Shown here: piece after piece, positions 1 to 12,621 of the stretch | Numbering within the stretch: the first letter of the stretch is position 1 | How the letters are laid out: every line of letters begins with the position of its first letter | Assembly (NCBI RefSeq): GCF_051903065.1 | Contig: NZ_CP178438.1 | Length of the DNA stretch: 64,000 bases | Source of the DNA: Escherichia coli | GTDB taxonomy: Bacteria; Pseudomonadota; Gammaproteobacteria; Enterobacterales; Enterobacteriaceae | Strand: one strand, 5' to 3' | The notes under the pieces: generated by a model | The model's input: the letters and a program-made list of their open reading frames with translations, nothing else | What the model was told of the DNA's origin: nothing | The model's database searches: none | Made by a program: the position numbers and the translations under genes

Positions 1-263
1 AAGCATACCGCCTGGGCGGCGATGAATTCGCTATGGTGCTCTATGATGTACAGTCGGAATCTGAAGTGCAGCAGATATGCTCAGCACTGACACAAATCTT
101 TAATCGCCCGTTTGATCTTCATAATGGCCATCAGACCACCATGACATTAAGCATTGGTTACGCAATGACCATTGCGCACGCTTCTGCGGAAAAATTACAA
201 GAGCTGGCCGATCACAATATGTATCAGGCCAAACACCAGCGTGCCGAAAAGCTGGTGAGATAA
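1..263 (+). CDS. dgcN: Diguanylate cyclase, C-terminal fragment (5' end outside window)
   Basis: Frame is open from the window start and translates AYRLGGDEF (GGDEF motif) before the listed ORF; lies upstream of yfiB as in the yfiR-yfiN-yfiB locus. Confidence 0.75.
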   Translation, partial: AYRLGGDEFAMVLYDVQSESEVQQICSALTQIFNRPFDLHNGHQTTMTLSIGYAMTIAHASAEKLQELADHNMYQAKHQRAEKLVR

Positions 264-278
264 CAAGGATATATCGAT

Positions 279-761
279 ATGATAAAGCACCTGGTAGCAC
301 CCCTGATTTTCACCTCACTAATACTGACTGGCTGCCAGTCCCCTCAGGGAAAGTTTACTCCTGAGCAAGTCGCCGCTATGCAATCTTATGGATTTACTGA
401 ATCCGCCGGCGACTGGTCGCTGGGCTTATCAGATGCCATTCTGTTCGCAAAAAATGACTACAAATTGCTCCCGGAAAGCCAGCAACAGATCCAAACCATG
501 GCAGCCAAATTGGCCTCGACAGGGCTAACACATGCCCGTATGGATGGACACACCGATAACTATGGTGAAGACAGTTACAACGAAGGCTTATCATTGAAAC
601 GGGCGAATGTCGTGGCCGATGCATGGGCTATGGGTGGACAAATTCCACGCAGCAATCTCACCACACAGGGTTTAGGAAAAAAATATCCCATAGCCAGTAA
701 CAAGACCGCCCAGGGCCGCGCCGAGAACCGCCGCGTCGCAGTGGTGATTACTACCCCTTAA
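279..761 (+). CDS. yfiB: OmpA-family outer-membrane lipoprotein YfiB
   Basis: 160-aa ORF with lipoprotein signal (LTGC) and OmpA-like C-terminus (NRRV motif); conserved position. Confidence 0.85.
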   Translation: MIKHLVAPLIFTSLILTGCQSPQGKFTPEQVAAMQSYGFTESAGDWSLGLSDAILFAKNDYKLLPESQQQIQTMAAKLASTGLTHARMDGHTDNYGEDSYNEGLSLKRANVVADAWAMGGQIPRSNLTTQGLGKKYPIASNKTAQGRAENRRVAVVITTP

Positions 762-780
762 AACACGAGCAAACAGATAA

Positions 781-812
781 AAAAAGGGCCAGCCAATTGG
801 CCAGCCCTTCTT
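781..812. terminator. Putative stem-loop terminator between convergent yfiB and rplS
   Basis: A-tract, short GC-rich hairpin (ggcca/tggcc) and T-rich tail between two convergent gene ends; stem is short. Confidence 0.35.
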
Positions 813-837
813 AACAGGATGTCGCTTAAGCGAAATC

Positions 838-1188
<351 letters not shown>

Positions 1189-1226
1189 TTAATCTCTTAT
1201 CCTGGGTAAACTGATATCTCGGGGGC

Positions 1227-1994
1227 TTACGCCATCCCATCATGTTTATGTTGCTGTTGTGCGTGTTCCGTTTTGAACTCCGCCAGCAACCTTGCTTGCT
1301 CTTCAGTCAGAGCCAGGTTTTCCAGAAGTTCAGGTCTTCTAAGCCAGGTACGGCCCAGCGACTGTTTCAAACGCCAGCGACGTATCTCGGCATGGTTGCC
1401 CGACAGTAACACTGGCGGAACTTCCATCCCTTCTAACACCTCAGGCCGCGTATAGTGCGGGCAATCCAGCAATCCTTCAGCAAAGGAATCTTCCGTTGCC
1501 GAGGCTTCATGTCCCAGTACTCCCGGAATAAACCGGGAAACGGAGTCAATCAGCGTCATTGCTGGTAACTCACCACCACTGAGAACGTAATCGCCGATTG
1601 ACCATTCTTCGTCAATTTCGGTTTGGATCACGCGCTCATCTATACCTTCGTAGCGACCGCACACCAGAATCAATTTTTGATTCGTTGCCAGTTCGCTGAC
1701 GCCCGCTTGATCAAGCTTGCGTCCCTGTGGTGAAAGATAAATCACCTTTGCGCCTTCACCCGCCGCGGCTTTTGCTGCATGAATGGCGTCCCGCAAGGGT
1801 TGCACCATCATTAACATCCCCGGTCCGCCGCCGTAAGGACGATCGTCCACGGTACGGTGCCGGTCATGCGTGAAGTCGCGAGGACTCCAGCTCTGGATGC
1901 TCAGCAGGCCATTTTTAACTGCCCGGCCAGTTACCCCGTAATCGGTAATTGCGCGGAACATTTCAGGAAACAGGCTAATTATGCCAATCCACAT
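1227..1994 (-). CDS. trmD: tRNA (guanine37-N1)-methyltransferase
   Basis: 255-aa [16 protein letters not shown], recognised as TrmD; operon position upstream of rplS. Confidence 0.95.
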
Positions 1995-2024
1995 AGCGCC
2001 GTCTTTTACCGTTTATCCGGTGGT

Positions 2025-2573
2025 TTAAAAACCAGGATCCCAATCTACTTCGATTGAACGAGTAGTGAGATCGACTTTCTTGATAACCTGCCCATCGAGG
2101 AACGGTACGAGACGTTCCTTGATACCAAACGCATCTTTCAGGTTTGCCTTAATGACGAGAACGTCATTGGATCCGGTTTCCATCATATCGACGACTTTAC
2201 CGAGATCGTAGCCTTCAGTGGTTACTACCTGGCAGCCCATCAGGTCTTTCCAGTAGTAGTCACCCTCTTCAAGCTGAGGCAGCTGCGATGAATCCACGAC
2301 AATTTCACAATTCGTCAGCAGGTTCGCCGCATCACGATCGTCAACGCCTTTCAGCTTGATGATCATGTCCTGATTGTGGTGCTTCCAGCTTTCCAGCTGG
2401 ACTTGCTGCCACTGACCCGCCTTCTGGATAAACCAAGGCTGATAGTCAAAAATGCTTTCGGCGTCTTCGGTGGAAGAAAACACTCTGAGCCACCCACGAA
2501 TACCGTAAGACGAACCCATTTTTCCCAAAACGATGGGATCAACAGGTGCTTGCGCGGTGAGTTGTTTGCTCAT
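2025..2573 (-). CDS. rimM: Ribosome maturation factor RimM
   Basis: ORF containing [20 protein letters not shown]; start placed at the internal Met matching the known N-terminus. Confidence 0.9.
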
Positions 2574-2591
2574 CATGACCACCGTGACAGA

Positions 2592-2918
<327 letters not shown>

Positions 2919-2976
2919 TTACTGATTTCTGGAGAAAATGCAATCAGCAGTTAATAACTCTGTCGCATAAGGTCAT

Positions 2977-4338
2977 TTAGCGACCAGGAAATCCCGGCGG
3001 CATCATCCCCTTCATGCTTCTCATCATCTTCGCCATTCCGCCCTTCTTCATTTTCTTCATCATGCGCTGCATGTCGTCGAACTGTTTCAGAAGACGGTTA
3101 ACGTCCTGCACCTGCATACCGCAACCGGCAGCAATACGGCGTTTACGCGAACCTTTGATGATTTCTGGCTTAGCGCGCTCTTTCATCGTCATCGAGTTGA
3201 TGATGGCTTCCATACGCACCAGCACTTTATCGTCCATCTGTGACTTGACGTTATCCGGGATCTGCCCCATGCCCGGCAGCTTGCCCATCAGGCTAGCCAT
3301 GCCGCCCATATTTTTCATCTGGCGCAGCTGCTCAAGAAAGTCGTTGAGATCGAAGCCGTCACCTTTTTTCAGCTTGCTGGCTAATTTCTCTGCCTGCGCG
3401 CGGTCAACTTTGCTTTCGATATCTTCGATCAGCGACAGTACGTCGCCCATGCCGAGAATACGCGACGCGATGCGGTCCGGATGGAACGGCTCCAGCGCCT
3501 CAGTTTTCTCGCCAACACCGAGGAACTTGATCGGTTTGCCAGTGATGTGACGAATAGAGAGCGCCGCACCGCCGCGGGCATCGCCGTCCACTTTGGTCAA
3601 CACTACGCCGGTAAGCGGTAACGCTTCATTGAATGCTTTTGCCGTATTGGCCGCATCCTGACCGGTCATGGCGTCAACCACAAACAGGGTTTCAACCGGG
3701 TTAATCGACGCATGGACTTGTTTGATCTCGTCCATCATCGCTTCGTCAACGTGCAGACGACCAGCGGTATCCACCAGCAGCACGTCGTAGAATTTCAGTT
3801 TGGCTTCTTTCAGCGCCGCGTTAACGATATCTACCGGCTTCTGACCAACATCAGAAGGGAAGAAATCAACGCCCACCTGCTCTGCCAGCGTCTCAAGCTG
3901 TTTGATTGCCGCCGGGCGATAAACGTCGGCAGAAACCACCAGCACTTTCTTCTTGTGCTTCTCGCGCAGGAACTTACCGAGTTTACCAACGCTGGTTGTT
4001 TTACCGGCACCTTGCAGGCCCGCCATCAGCACGACCGCTGGCGGTTGCGCAGCCAGGTTCAGGGTCTGGTTCTCTTCGCCCATCGCCGCAACCAGTTCGT
4101 TACGGACGATTTTGACGAACTCCTGCCCCGGCGTCAGGCTCTTATTAACTTCATGACCAACCGCTTTCTCTTTTACGCGATTGATAAACTCACGCACTAC
4201 CGGCAGAGCGACGTCCGCCTCCAGCAGCGCCATGCGCACTTCGCGCAGCGTATCTTTTACGTTGTCTTCAGTGAGGCGTCCACGGCCACTGATATTGCGC
4301 AGCGTGCGCGACAAACGATCGGTTAAATTATCAAACAT
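2977..4338 (-). CDS. ffh: Signal recognition particle protein Ffh
   Basis: 453-aa ORF with GTPase P-loop (GLQGAGKTT) and Met-rich C-terminal M domain. Confidence 0.95.
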   Translation of the reverse strand: MFDNLTDRLSRTLRNISGRGRLTEDNVKDTLREVRMALLEADVALPVVREFINRVKEKAVGHEVNKSLTPGQEFVKIVRNELVAAMGEENQTLNLAAQPPAVVLMAGLQGAGKTTSVGKLGKFLREKHKKKVLVVSADVYRPAAIKQLETLAEQVGVDFFPSDVGQKPVDIVNAALKEAKLKFYDVLLVDTAGRLHVDEAMMDEIKQVHASINPVETLFVVDAMTGQDAANTAKAFNEALPLTGVVLTKVDGDARGGAALSIRHITGKPIKFLGVGEKTEALEPFHPDRIASRILGMGDVLSLIEDIESKVDRAQAEKLASKLKKGDGFDLNDFLEQLRQMKNMGGMASLMGKLPGMGQIPDNVKSQMDDKVLVRMEAIINSMTMKERAKPEIIKGSRKRRIAAGCGMQVQDVNRLLKQFDDMQRMMKKMKKGGMAKMMRSMKGMMPPGFPGR

Positions 4339-4504
4339 TGTCTCTCGCCTGGGGTGGAAACGGTTGGCCGCAATCGCGACACATCATCAGTATTTTGCCG
4401 CAGTATAACATGAAGGCGTCTTTGTTGTTATGCAACGGTTGGAGCAGCGTTCACCTGACGCTATACTGCTTCTCTTTCTTATTGCTCAAACTGTCGACAT
4501 TACT

Positions 4505-5296
4505 ATGCCCGTTTTTGCTCTGCTCGCGCTTGTCGCCTACTCCGTCAGTCTTGCGCTGATTGTTCCCGGTCTGCTGCAAAAAAACGGCGGCTGGCGGCGC
4601 ATGGCTATTATTTCTGCGGTCATTGCGCTGGTCTGCCACGCAATCGCTCTGGAAGCCCGCATCCTGCCCGACGGTGATAGCGGACAAAACCTCAGCCTGC
4701 TGAACGTTGGTTCATTGGTCAGTTTGATGATCTGTACGGTAATGACCATTGTGGCTTCTCGCAATCGTGGCTGGTTGCTGCTACCCATTGTCTATGCCTT
4801 TGCGCTTATCAACCTGGCGCTGGCGACCTTCATGCCCAATGAATACATCACCCATCTGGAAGCAACGCCTGGGATGCTGGTGCACATTGGCTTATCGCTC
4901 TTTTCCTATGCCACGCTAATTATCGCCGCCCTGTACGCGCTGCAACTGGCGTGGATTGATTACCAACTGAAGAACAAGAAGCTGGCGTTTAACCAGGAAA
5001 TGCCGCCATTGATGAGTATCGAGCGTAAAATGTTCCACATCACGCAGATTGGCGTGGTGCTGCTAACGCTCACGCTTTGCACTGGCCTGTTCTACATGCA
5101 CAACTTATTTAGCATGGAAAATATCGACAAGGCTGTGCTCTCTATCGTGGCGTGGTTTGTCTATATTGTGCTGCTGTGGGGACATTATCATGAAGGATGG
5201 CGTGGACGTCGCGTCGTCTGGTTTAACGTTGCGGGTGCAGTCATTCTGACACTGGCCTACTTCGGCAGCCGAATTGTCCAGCAGTTAATCAGCTAA
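4505..5296 (+). CDS. ypjD: Inner-membrane protein YpjD (cytochrome c assembly-like)
   Basis: Multi-TM ORF; start placed at MPVFALLALVAYS inside the listed 288-aa ORF; divergent from ffh. Confidence 0.8.
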   Translation: MPVFALLALVAYSVSLALIVPGLLQKNGGWRRMAIISAVIALVCHAIALEARILPDGDSGQNLSLLNVGSLVSLMICTVMTIVASRNRGWLLLPIVYAFALINLALATFMPNEYITHLEATPGMLVHIGLSLFSYATLIIAALYALQLAWIDYQLKNKKLAFNQEMPPLMSIERKMFHITQIGVVLLTLTLCTGLFYMHNLFSMENIDKAVLSIVAWFVYIVLLWGHYHEGWRGRRVVWFNVAGAVILTLAYFGSRIVQQLIS

Positions 5297-5340
5297 ACCC
5301 AGAAAAGGAGTTTCCCCTGGAACACATTTCTACTACTACG

Positions 5341-6603
5341 TTGATCATTATTCTGATCATCATGGTGGTCATTTCAGCCTATTTTTCCGGGTCCGAAACC
5401 GGAATGATGACCCTCAACCGCTATCGTCTGCGACATATGGCGAAACAGGGTAATCGCTCGGCCAAACGCGTCGAAAAATTGCTGCGTAAGCCAGACCGCC
5501 TGATAAGCCTGGTGTTAATCGGCAATAACCTGGTCAATATTCTTGCCTCCGCGCTCGGCACTATTGTTGGGATGCGTTTGTACGGCGATGCGGGCGTGGC
5601 AATTGCGACTGGTGTGCTGACTTTTGTCGTACTGGTTTTTGCTGAGGTATTGCCGAAAACCATTGCCGCGCTGTACCCGGAAAAAGTCGCTTATCCAAGT
5701 AGTTTTCTGCTGTCTCCGCTGCAAATTTTGATGATGCCGCTGGTCTGGTTGCTGAATGCTATCACCCGTATGCTGATGCGCATGATGGGTATCAAAACCG
5801 ATATCGTGGTTAGCGGCTCTTTGAGCAAAGAAGAGTTGCGCACTATCGTGCACGAATCGCGCTCACAAATTTCCCGTCGCAATCAGGATATGCTGCTGTC
5901 GGTGCTCGATCTGGAAAAAATGACCGTTGATGACATCATGGTGCCGCGCAGTGAAATTATCGGTATTGATATCAACGATGACTGGAAATCTATTCTGCGC
6001 CAACTCTCCCACTCACCTCACGGGCGCATCGTGCTCTACCGTGATTCGCTGGACGACGCCATCAGTATGCTGCGAGTACGTGAAGCCTGGCGGTTGATGT
6101 CGGAGAAAAAAGAGTTCACCAAAGAAACCATGCTGCGCGCCGCGGACGAGATCTATTTTGTGCCGGAAGGTACGCCGCTCAGCACGCAGTTGGTAAAGTT
6201 TCAGCGCAACAAAAAGAAAGTCGGCCTGGTCGTCAACGAGTATGGAGACATTCAGGGGCTGGTGACGGTTGAAGATATTCTGGAAGAGATTGTCGGCGAT
6301 TTCACTACGTCGATGTCGCCAACACTTGCCGAAGAGGTCACGCCGCAAAACGACGGTTCGGTGATTATCGATGGCACCGCCAACGTGCGGGAAATCAACA
6401 AAGCCTTTAACTGGCATCTACCGGAAGATGATGCCCGCACGGTTAATGGCGTCATTCTTGAGGCACTGGAAGAGATCCCTGTCGCAGGCACCCGCGTGCG
6501 TATTGGCGAGTACGATATCGATATTCTCGACGTACAGGACAATATGATTAAGCAGGTAAAAGTTTTTCCTGTGAAACCGCTGCGCGAGAGTGTGGCGGAG
6601 TAA
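5341..6603 (+). CDS. yfjD: CorB/YfjD-type Mg/Co efflux protein (CNNM TM domain, CBS pair, CorC_HlyC)
   Basis: 420-aa ORF with N-terminal TM region and a C-terminal domain typical of CorC/HlyC-type transporters. Confidence 0.85.
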   Translation: MIIILIIMVVISAYFSGSETGMMTLNRYRLRHMAKQGNRSAKRVEKLLRKPDRLISLVLIGNNLVNILASALGTIVGMRLYGDAGVAIATGVLTFVVLVFAEVLPKTIAALYPEKVAYPSSFLLSPLQILMMPLVWLLNAITRMLMRMMGIKTDIVVSGSLSKEELRTIVHESRSQISRRNQDMLLSVLDLEKMTVDDIMVPRSEIIGIDINDDWKSILRQLSHSPHGRIVLYRDSLDDAISMLRVREAWRLMSEKKEFTKETMLRAADEIYFVPEGTPLSTQLVKFQRNKKKVGLVVNEYGDIQGLVTVEDILEEIVGDFTTSMSPTLAEEVTPQNDGSVIIDGTANVREINKAFNWHLPEDDARTVNGVILEALEEIPVAGTRVRIGEYDIDILDVQDNMIKQVKVFPVKPLRESVAE

Positions 6604-6657
6604 CGAAAACGGCCCTGCATTCGCATGCAAGGCCGTGAATTATTACGAAAACAGAAA

Positions 6658-7284
<627 letters not shown>

Positions 7285-7296
7285 CTAACTTCGCTT

Positions 7297-7325
7297 ATTA
7301 TGGGGATCAGTTTCAGGGTTTCAAG
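7297..7325 (-). promoter_or_regulatory. sigma32 heat-shock promoter of grpE
   Basis: On the grpE strand reads CTTGAAA - 13 nt - CCCCATAAT, matching the sigma32 -35/-10 consensus about 45 nt upstream of the ATG. Confidence 0.75.
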
Positions 7326-7373
7326 GGAAGCACTCACATTGTCATCAATCTTCGCAACAAGGACCTCGGAAAA

Positions 7374-8252
7374 ATGAATAATCATTTCAAGTGTATTGGC
7401 ATTGTGGGACACCCACGGCACCCTACTGCACTGACAACACATGAAATGCTCTACCGCTGGCTGTGCACAAAAGGTTACGAGGTCATCGTTGAGCAACAAA
7501 TCGCTCACGAACTGCAACTGAAGAATGTGAAAACTGGCACGCTCGCGGAGATTGGGCAACTGGCTGATCTCGCGGTAGTCGTTGGTGGCGACGGTAATAT
7601 GCTGGGCGCGGCACGCACACTCGCCCGTTACGATATTAAAATTATTGGAATCAACCGTGGCAACCTGGGTTTCCTGACTGACCTTGACCCCGATAACGCC
7701 CAGCAACAGTTAGCCGATGTGCTGGAAGGCCACTACATCAGCGAGAAACGTTTTTTGCTGGAAGCGCAAGTCTGTCAGCAAGATTGCCAGAAACGCATCA
7801 GCACCGCGATAAATGAAGTGGTACTTCATCCAGGCAAAGTGGCGCATATGATAGAGTTCGAAGTGTATATCGACGAGATCTTTGCGTTTTCTCAGCGATC
7901 TGATGGGCTAATTATTTCGACGCCAACAGGCTCCACCGCCTATTCCCTCTCTGCGGGCGGTCCTATTCTGACCCCCTCTCTGGATGCGATTACCCTGGTG
8001 CCCATGTTCCCGCATACGTTGTCAGCACGACCACTGGTCATAAACAGCAGCAGCACGATCCGTCTGCGTTTTTCGCATCGCCGTAACGACCTGGAAATCA
8101 GTTGCGACAGCCAGATAGCACTGCCGATTCAGGAAGGTGAAGATGTCCTGATTCGTCGCTGTGATTACCATCTGAATCTGATTCATCCGAAAGATTACAG
8201 TTATTTCAATATATTAAGCACCAAGCTCGGCTGGTCAAAAAAATTATTCTAA
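7374..8252 (+). CDS. nadK: NAD kinase
   Basis: 292-aa ORF with GGDGN motif ([14 protein letters not shown]). Confidence 0.93.
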   Translation: MNNHFKCIGIVGHPRHPTALTTHEMLYRWLCTKGYEVIVEQQIAHELQLKNVKTGTLAEIGQLADLAVVVGGDGNMLGAARTLARYDIKIIGINRGNLGFLTDLDPDNAQQQLADVLEGHYISEKRFLLEAQVCQQDCQKRISTAINEVVLHPGKVAHMIEFEVYIDEIFAFSQRSDGLIISTPTGSTAYSLSAGGPILTPSLDAITLVPMFPHTLSARPLVINSSSTIRLRFSHRRNDLEISCDSQIALPIQEGEDVLIRRCDYHLNLIHPKDYSYFNILSTKLGWSKKLF

Positions 8253-8271
8253 TTTTACGCCAGCCTCTTTA

Positions 8272-8287
8272 CTGTATATAAAACCAG
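8272..8287. promoter_or_regulatory. LexA box 1 upstream of recN
   Basis: CTGTATATAAAACCAG (CTGT-N8-CCAG), overlapping the promoter region about 50 bp upstream of recN. Confidence 0.7.
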
Positions 8288-8293
8288 TTTATA

Positions 8294-8309
8294 CTGTACA
8301 CAATAACAG
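8294..8309. promoter_or_regulatory. LexA box 2 upstream of recN
   Basis: CTGTACACAATAACAG, a perfect CTGT-N8-ACAG SOS box. Confidence 0.8.
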
Positions 8310-8337
8310 TAATGGTTTTTCATACAGGAAAACGACT

Positions 8338-9999
8338 ATGTTGGCACAACTGACCATCAGCAACTTTGCTATCGTTCGTGAGCTTGAGATTGATTTTCAT
8401 AGCGGCATGACCGTAATAACTGGCGAGACCGGCGCGGGTAAATCTATTGCAATAGATGCCCTCGGTCTTTGTCTCGGTGGTCGCGCTGAAGCCGACATGG
8501 TGCGTACCGGCGCTGCTCGCGCTGACCTGTGCGCCCGTTTTTCTCTGAAAGATACGCCAGCGGCTCTGCGCTGGCTGGAAGAAAACCAGCTTGAAGACGG
8601 GCATGAATGTTTGCTTCGTCGCGTGATCAGCAGCGATGGTCGCTCCCGTGGTTTCATCAACGGTACAGCTGTTCCTCTGTCACAACTGCGCGAACTGGGT
8701 CAGTTGCTGATTCAGATCCATGGTCAGCACGCTCATCAGTTACTCACCAAACCCGAGCACCAAAAGTTCCTGCTTGATGGCTATGCCAATGAAACCTCTC
8801 TACTCCAGGAAATGACCGCACGTTATCAGTTGTGGCATCAAAGCTGCCGTGACCTCGCGCATCATCAACAGTTAAGTCAGGAACGCGCCGCCCGTGCGGA
8901 ACTGCTGCAATACCAATTAAAAGAACTTAACGAATTTAATCCGCAGCCCGGAGAGTTTGAGCAAATCGACGAAGAGTACAAACGTCTGGCGAACAGCGGT
9001 CAATTGCTGACCACCAGCCAGAATGCTTTGGCATTAATGGCCGACGGTGAAGACGCAAACCTGCAAAGTCAGCTTTACACGGCTAAACAACTGGTGAGCG
9101 AATTGATTGGCATGGACAGCAAACTGTCCGGCGTACTTGATATGCTGGAAGAAGCTACCATCCAGATTGCTGAAGCCAGCGACGAACTGCGCCACTACTG
9201 CGATCGTTTGGATCTCGATCCCAACCGGCTGTTTGAACTTGAACAACGCATCTCAAAACAGATTTCGCTGGCACGTAAACATCACGTCAGCCCTGAGGCA
9301 TTACCACAGTATTACCAGTCGCTACTGGAAGAACAGCAGCAACTGGACGATCAGGCCGACTCACAAGAAACGCTCGCGCTGGCGGTAACGAAACATCATC
9401 AGCAGGCACTGGAAACCGCGCGCGCATTACACCAACAACGCCAGCAATATGCAGAAGAACTTGCACAGCTGATCACCGACAGTATGCATGCGCTCTCAAT
9501 GCCGCATGGGCAGTTTACGATCGATGTTAAATTTGACGAACATCACCTGGGCGCTGACGGTGCCGATCGTATTGAGTTTCGGGTAACCACCAACCCAGGT
9601 CAGCCAATGCAGCCTATTGCCAAAGTCGCATCCGGTGGTGAATTGTCCCGCATCGCACTGGCAATCCAGGTCATCACAGCGCGTAAAATGGAAACCCCGG
9701 CACTGATTTTTGATGAAGTGGATGTAGGGATTAGCGGTCCAACAGCGGCAGTTGTCGGCAAACTGCTGCGTCAACTCGGCGAATCAACTCAGGTGATGTG
9801 TGTTACCCACCTGCCACAAGTCGCGGGATGTGGTCATCAACACTATTTTGTCAGCAAAGAAACCGATGGTGCGATGACAGAAACGCATATGCAATCTCTG
9901 GATAAAAAAGCGCGGTTACAAGAGCTGGCGCGCCTGCTTGGTGGCAGTGAAGTCACACGTAACACACTGGCGAATGCGAAAGAACTGCTTGCGGCGTAA
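8338..9999 (+). CDS. recN: DNA repair protein RecN
   Basis: 553-aa SMC-like ORF with Walker A (GETGAGKS) and a long coiled coil; preceded by LexA boxes. Confidence 0.95.
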   Translation: MLAQLTISNFAIVRELEIDFHSGMTVITGETGAGKSIAIDALGLCLGGRAEADMVRTGAARADLCARFSLKDTPAALRWLEENQLEDGHECLLRRVISSDGRSRGFINGTAVPLSQLRELGQLLIQIHGQHAHQLLTKPEHQKFLLDGYANETSLLQEMTARYQLWHQSCRDLAHHQQLSQERAARAELLQYQLKELNEFNPQPGEFEQIDEEYKRLANSGQLLTTSQNALALMADGEDANLQSQLYTAKQLVSELIGMDSKLSGVLDMLEEATIQIAEASDELRHYCDRLDLDPNRLFELEQRISKQISLARKHHVSPEALPQYYQSLLEEQQQLDDQADSQETLALAVTKHHQQALETARALHQQRQQYAEELAQLITDSMHALSMPHGQFTIDVKFDEHHLGADGADRIEFRVTTNPGQPMQPIAKVASGGELSRIALAIQVITARKMETPALIFDEVDVGISGPTAAVVGKLLRQLGESTQVMCVTHLPQVAGCGHQHYFVSKETDGAMTETHMQSLDKKARLQELARLLGGSEVTRNTLANAKELLAA

Positions 10000-10147
10000 A
10001 CTTTTTTCCTGCTTCACGGTCAGAGTAAACAGCAAAACGCCGTAAGACCGGAAAGCAAAAGGTTTTAAAGTGATGAAAGGTCTATTATCATCGGCATATT
10101 ACAGATGAGCCACGTACTGCTCGGGCCCGAAAAGGAATCAAATCACT

Positions 10148-10489
10148 ATGCGCTGTAAAACGCTGACTGCTGCAGCAGCAGTACTATTGATGTTGACCGC
10201 AGGCTGTTCCACTCTGGAGCGAGTGGTTTACCGTCCTGACATCAACCAGGGGAACTATCTGACCGCTAACGACGTATCCAAAATACGTGTTGGCATGACG
10301 CAACAACAAGTTGCGTACGCATTGGGTACACCGCTGATGTCCGATCCATTTGGTACGAATACCTGGTTCTATGTCTTCCGCCAGCAACCAGGTCATGAAG
10401 GTGTAACGCAGCAAACGCTGACGCTAACCTTTAACAGTAGCGGTGTGTTGACCAATATTGATAACAAACCTGCGCTGAGTGGTAACTAA
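10148..10489 (+). CDS. bamE: Outer-membrane assembly lipoprotein BamE
   Basis: 113-aa lipoprotein (LTAGCS lipobox). Confidence 0.9.
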
Positions 10490-10514
10490 TAATAAAGTTG
10501 CTCTCAAAGACGTT

Positions 10515-10543
10515 AAAAAAGGTGCTCAATGAGCACCTTTTTT
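10515..10543. terminator. Bidirectional rho-independent terminator (bamE / ratB)
   Basis: AAAAAA + GGTGCTC-AAT-GAGCACC hairpin + TTTTTT between convergent genes. Confidence 0.85.
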
Positions 10544-10550
10544 CTGTCCG

Positions 10551-10841
10551 TTATTTATTCGCTGATTTTTCTGCTCGTTGCCTGCGAAGCTCTTTCGGAT
10601 CGGCAATGAGAGGGCGATAAATCTCCACCCGATCGCCATCATGCACACTATCGCTTAGTTTTGCCGGACGGCTGTAAATGCCGACTTTGTTTTTAGTTAA
10701 ATCGATATCGGTACGCAATTCCAGCAAGCCACTGGCGCGAATAGCTTCTTCAACCGTCGCGCCCTCCTGCAGCGTCACGCGCTGCAGGTACTGCTTCTCA
10801 GGTAGCGCATAAGCCACCTCAACGGCAATTTTACCTGGCAC
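10551..10841 (-). CDS. ratB: RatB/YfjF family protein
   Basis: Start placed at [20 protein letters not shown] within the listed 124-aa ORF; overlaps the ratA end. Confidence 0.75.
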
Positions 10842-11307
10842 TGTAAACCTCTTTCGCACGAACCGTAAAAGCCTGGACCATATTAGCCGCCAGCTCTTTA
10901 AACACGCGACCAAAGGCGAGTTCAATCAACTTATTGGTAAACTCAAAGTCGAGATGAAACTCGATACGACACGCCTCCTGGCTCAGCGGCGTAAACTTCC
11001 ATCCACCGATCAATTTCTTGAACGGCCCATCCACCAGATTCATAAGAATACTTTGGTTACTGGTCAACTGGTTGCGGGTAGTAAACGTTTTGCTGATCCC
11101 AGCCTTAGAGACATCTACCGCCGCAGTCATCTGCCCAGGAGTGGACTCCAGAATCCGACTTCCGGTACAACCCGGCAAAAACTGAGGATAAGACTGAACG
11201 TCATTCACTAACTGATACATTTGCTCCGCGCTGTAGGGTACCAGTGCGGTCCGGCTAATCTGAGGCATAACAATTTCCATCAACAAAAATCCAACAAATA
11301 ATATCAT
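10831..11307 (-). CDS. ratA: Ribosome association toxin RatA (SRPBCC fold)
   Basis: 158-aa ORF containing [34 protein letters not shown]. Confidence 0.85.
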   Translation of the reverse strand: MILFVGFLLMEIVMPQISRTALVPYSAEQMYQLVNDVQSYPQFLPGCTGSRILESTPGQMTAAVDVSKAGISKTFTTRNQLTSNQSILMNLVDGPFKKLIGGWKFTPLSQEACRIEFHLDFEFTNKLIELAFGRVFKELAANMVQAFTVRAKEVYSAR

Positions 11308-11438
11308 TTATCCTGCTGTAAAAAAAACGCTATCCCGGCGCTGGGTAACATCGGGTTCATGCTAAGATAGAGCCTTGTCCCCCGCAGGATTGATATGGGG
11401 TGTTTTCGATTTCAGATTACCGATGATTCACGACGCTT

Positions 11439-11921
11439 ATGACGAAGAAAAAAGCACATAAACCTGGTTCAGCGACCATCGCGCTTAACAAGCGCGCCCG
11501 TCACGAATACTTTATCGAAGAAGAGTTCGAAGCGGGACTTGCCCTGCAAGGCTGGGAAGTTAAATCCCTGCGCGCAGGAAAAGCCAATATCAGCGACAGC
11601 TACGTCCTTCTGCGTGACGGAGAGGCATTTCTGTTTGGCGCTAACATCACGCCAATGGCCGTGGCCTCCACGCATGTGGTGTGCGATCCTACCCGTACCC
11701 GCAAGTTACTTCTCAACCAGCGCGAACTGGACTCATTGTACGGTCGCGTCAATCGAGAAGGCTATACCGTAGTGGCGCTCTCCCTGTACTGGAAAAATGC
11801 CTGGTGCAAAGTGAAAATCGGCGTCGCCAAAGGTAAGAAACAGCACGATAAACGTTCAGATATCAAAGAGCGCGAATGGCAGGTGGATAAAGCGCGTATC
11901 ATGAAAAACGCCCACCGTTAA
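11439..11921 (+). CDS. smpB: SsrA-binding protein SmpB
   Basis: 160-aa [37 protein letters not shown]; immediately upstream of ssrA. Confidence 0.95.
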
Positions 11922-12135
11922 ACCTGCACTCCAATTATTGACCAGTTCCTCACCGCGCCTCCCTCTCCGGCGGCGCGAATGAACATCTTATTGGTTATCA
12001 CATCCGACACAAATGTTGCCATTCCATTGCTTAATCGAATAAAAATCAGGCTACATGGGTGCTAAATCTTTAACGATAACGCCATTGAGGCTGGTCATGG
12101 CGCTCATAAATCTGGTATACTTACCTTTACACATT

Positions 12136-12498
12136 GGGGCTGATTCTGGATTCGACGGGATTTGCGAAACCCAAGGTGCATGCCGAGGGGCGGTTGGCCT
12201 CGTAAAAAGCCGCAAAAAATAGTCGCAAACGACGAAAACTACGCTTTAGCAGCTTAATAACCTGCTTAGAGCCCTCTCTCCCTAGCCTCCGCTCTTAGGA
12301 CGGGGATCAAGAGAGGTCAAACCCAAAAGAGATCGCGTGGAAGCCCTGCCTGGGGTTGAAGCGTTAAAACTTAATCAGGCTAGTTTGTTAGTGGCGTGTC
12401 CGTCCGCAGCTGGCAAGCGAATGTAAAGACTGACTAAGCATGTAGTACCGAGGATGTAGGAATTTCGGACGCGGGTTCAACTCCCGCCAGCTCCACCA
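12136..12498 (+). ncRNA. ssrA: tmRNA (SsrA), intact 363 nt
   Basis: Starts GGGGCTGATTCTGGATTCGACGGG, contains the tag-peptide reading frame region and ends ...GGTTCAACTCCCGCCAGCTCCACCA. Confidence 0.95.
12454..12498. repeat. Prophage attachment-site repeat, ssrA-proximal copy (45 bp)
   Basis: ATGTAGGAATTTCGGACGCGGGTTCAACTCCCGCCAGCTCCACCA is repeated exactly at 45935-45979. Confidence 0.9.
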
Positions 12499-12621
12499 AA
12501 TAAATCAAGGGGTTACGTGAAAGCGTAGCCCCTTTTTCTTTGGTAGTGGCGGCAAAATGGCGACAGACTTTTGCGTCCATCTTGCCTGTCGCCATCTTGA
12601 AATCATGCAAAGAGGTTTCAC

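Noticed and set aside
3014-4326. Plus-strand ORFs of 178 and 204 aa overlapping ffh
   Set aside because: Antisense to a highly conserved essential gene; no independent start context; composition-driven.
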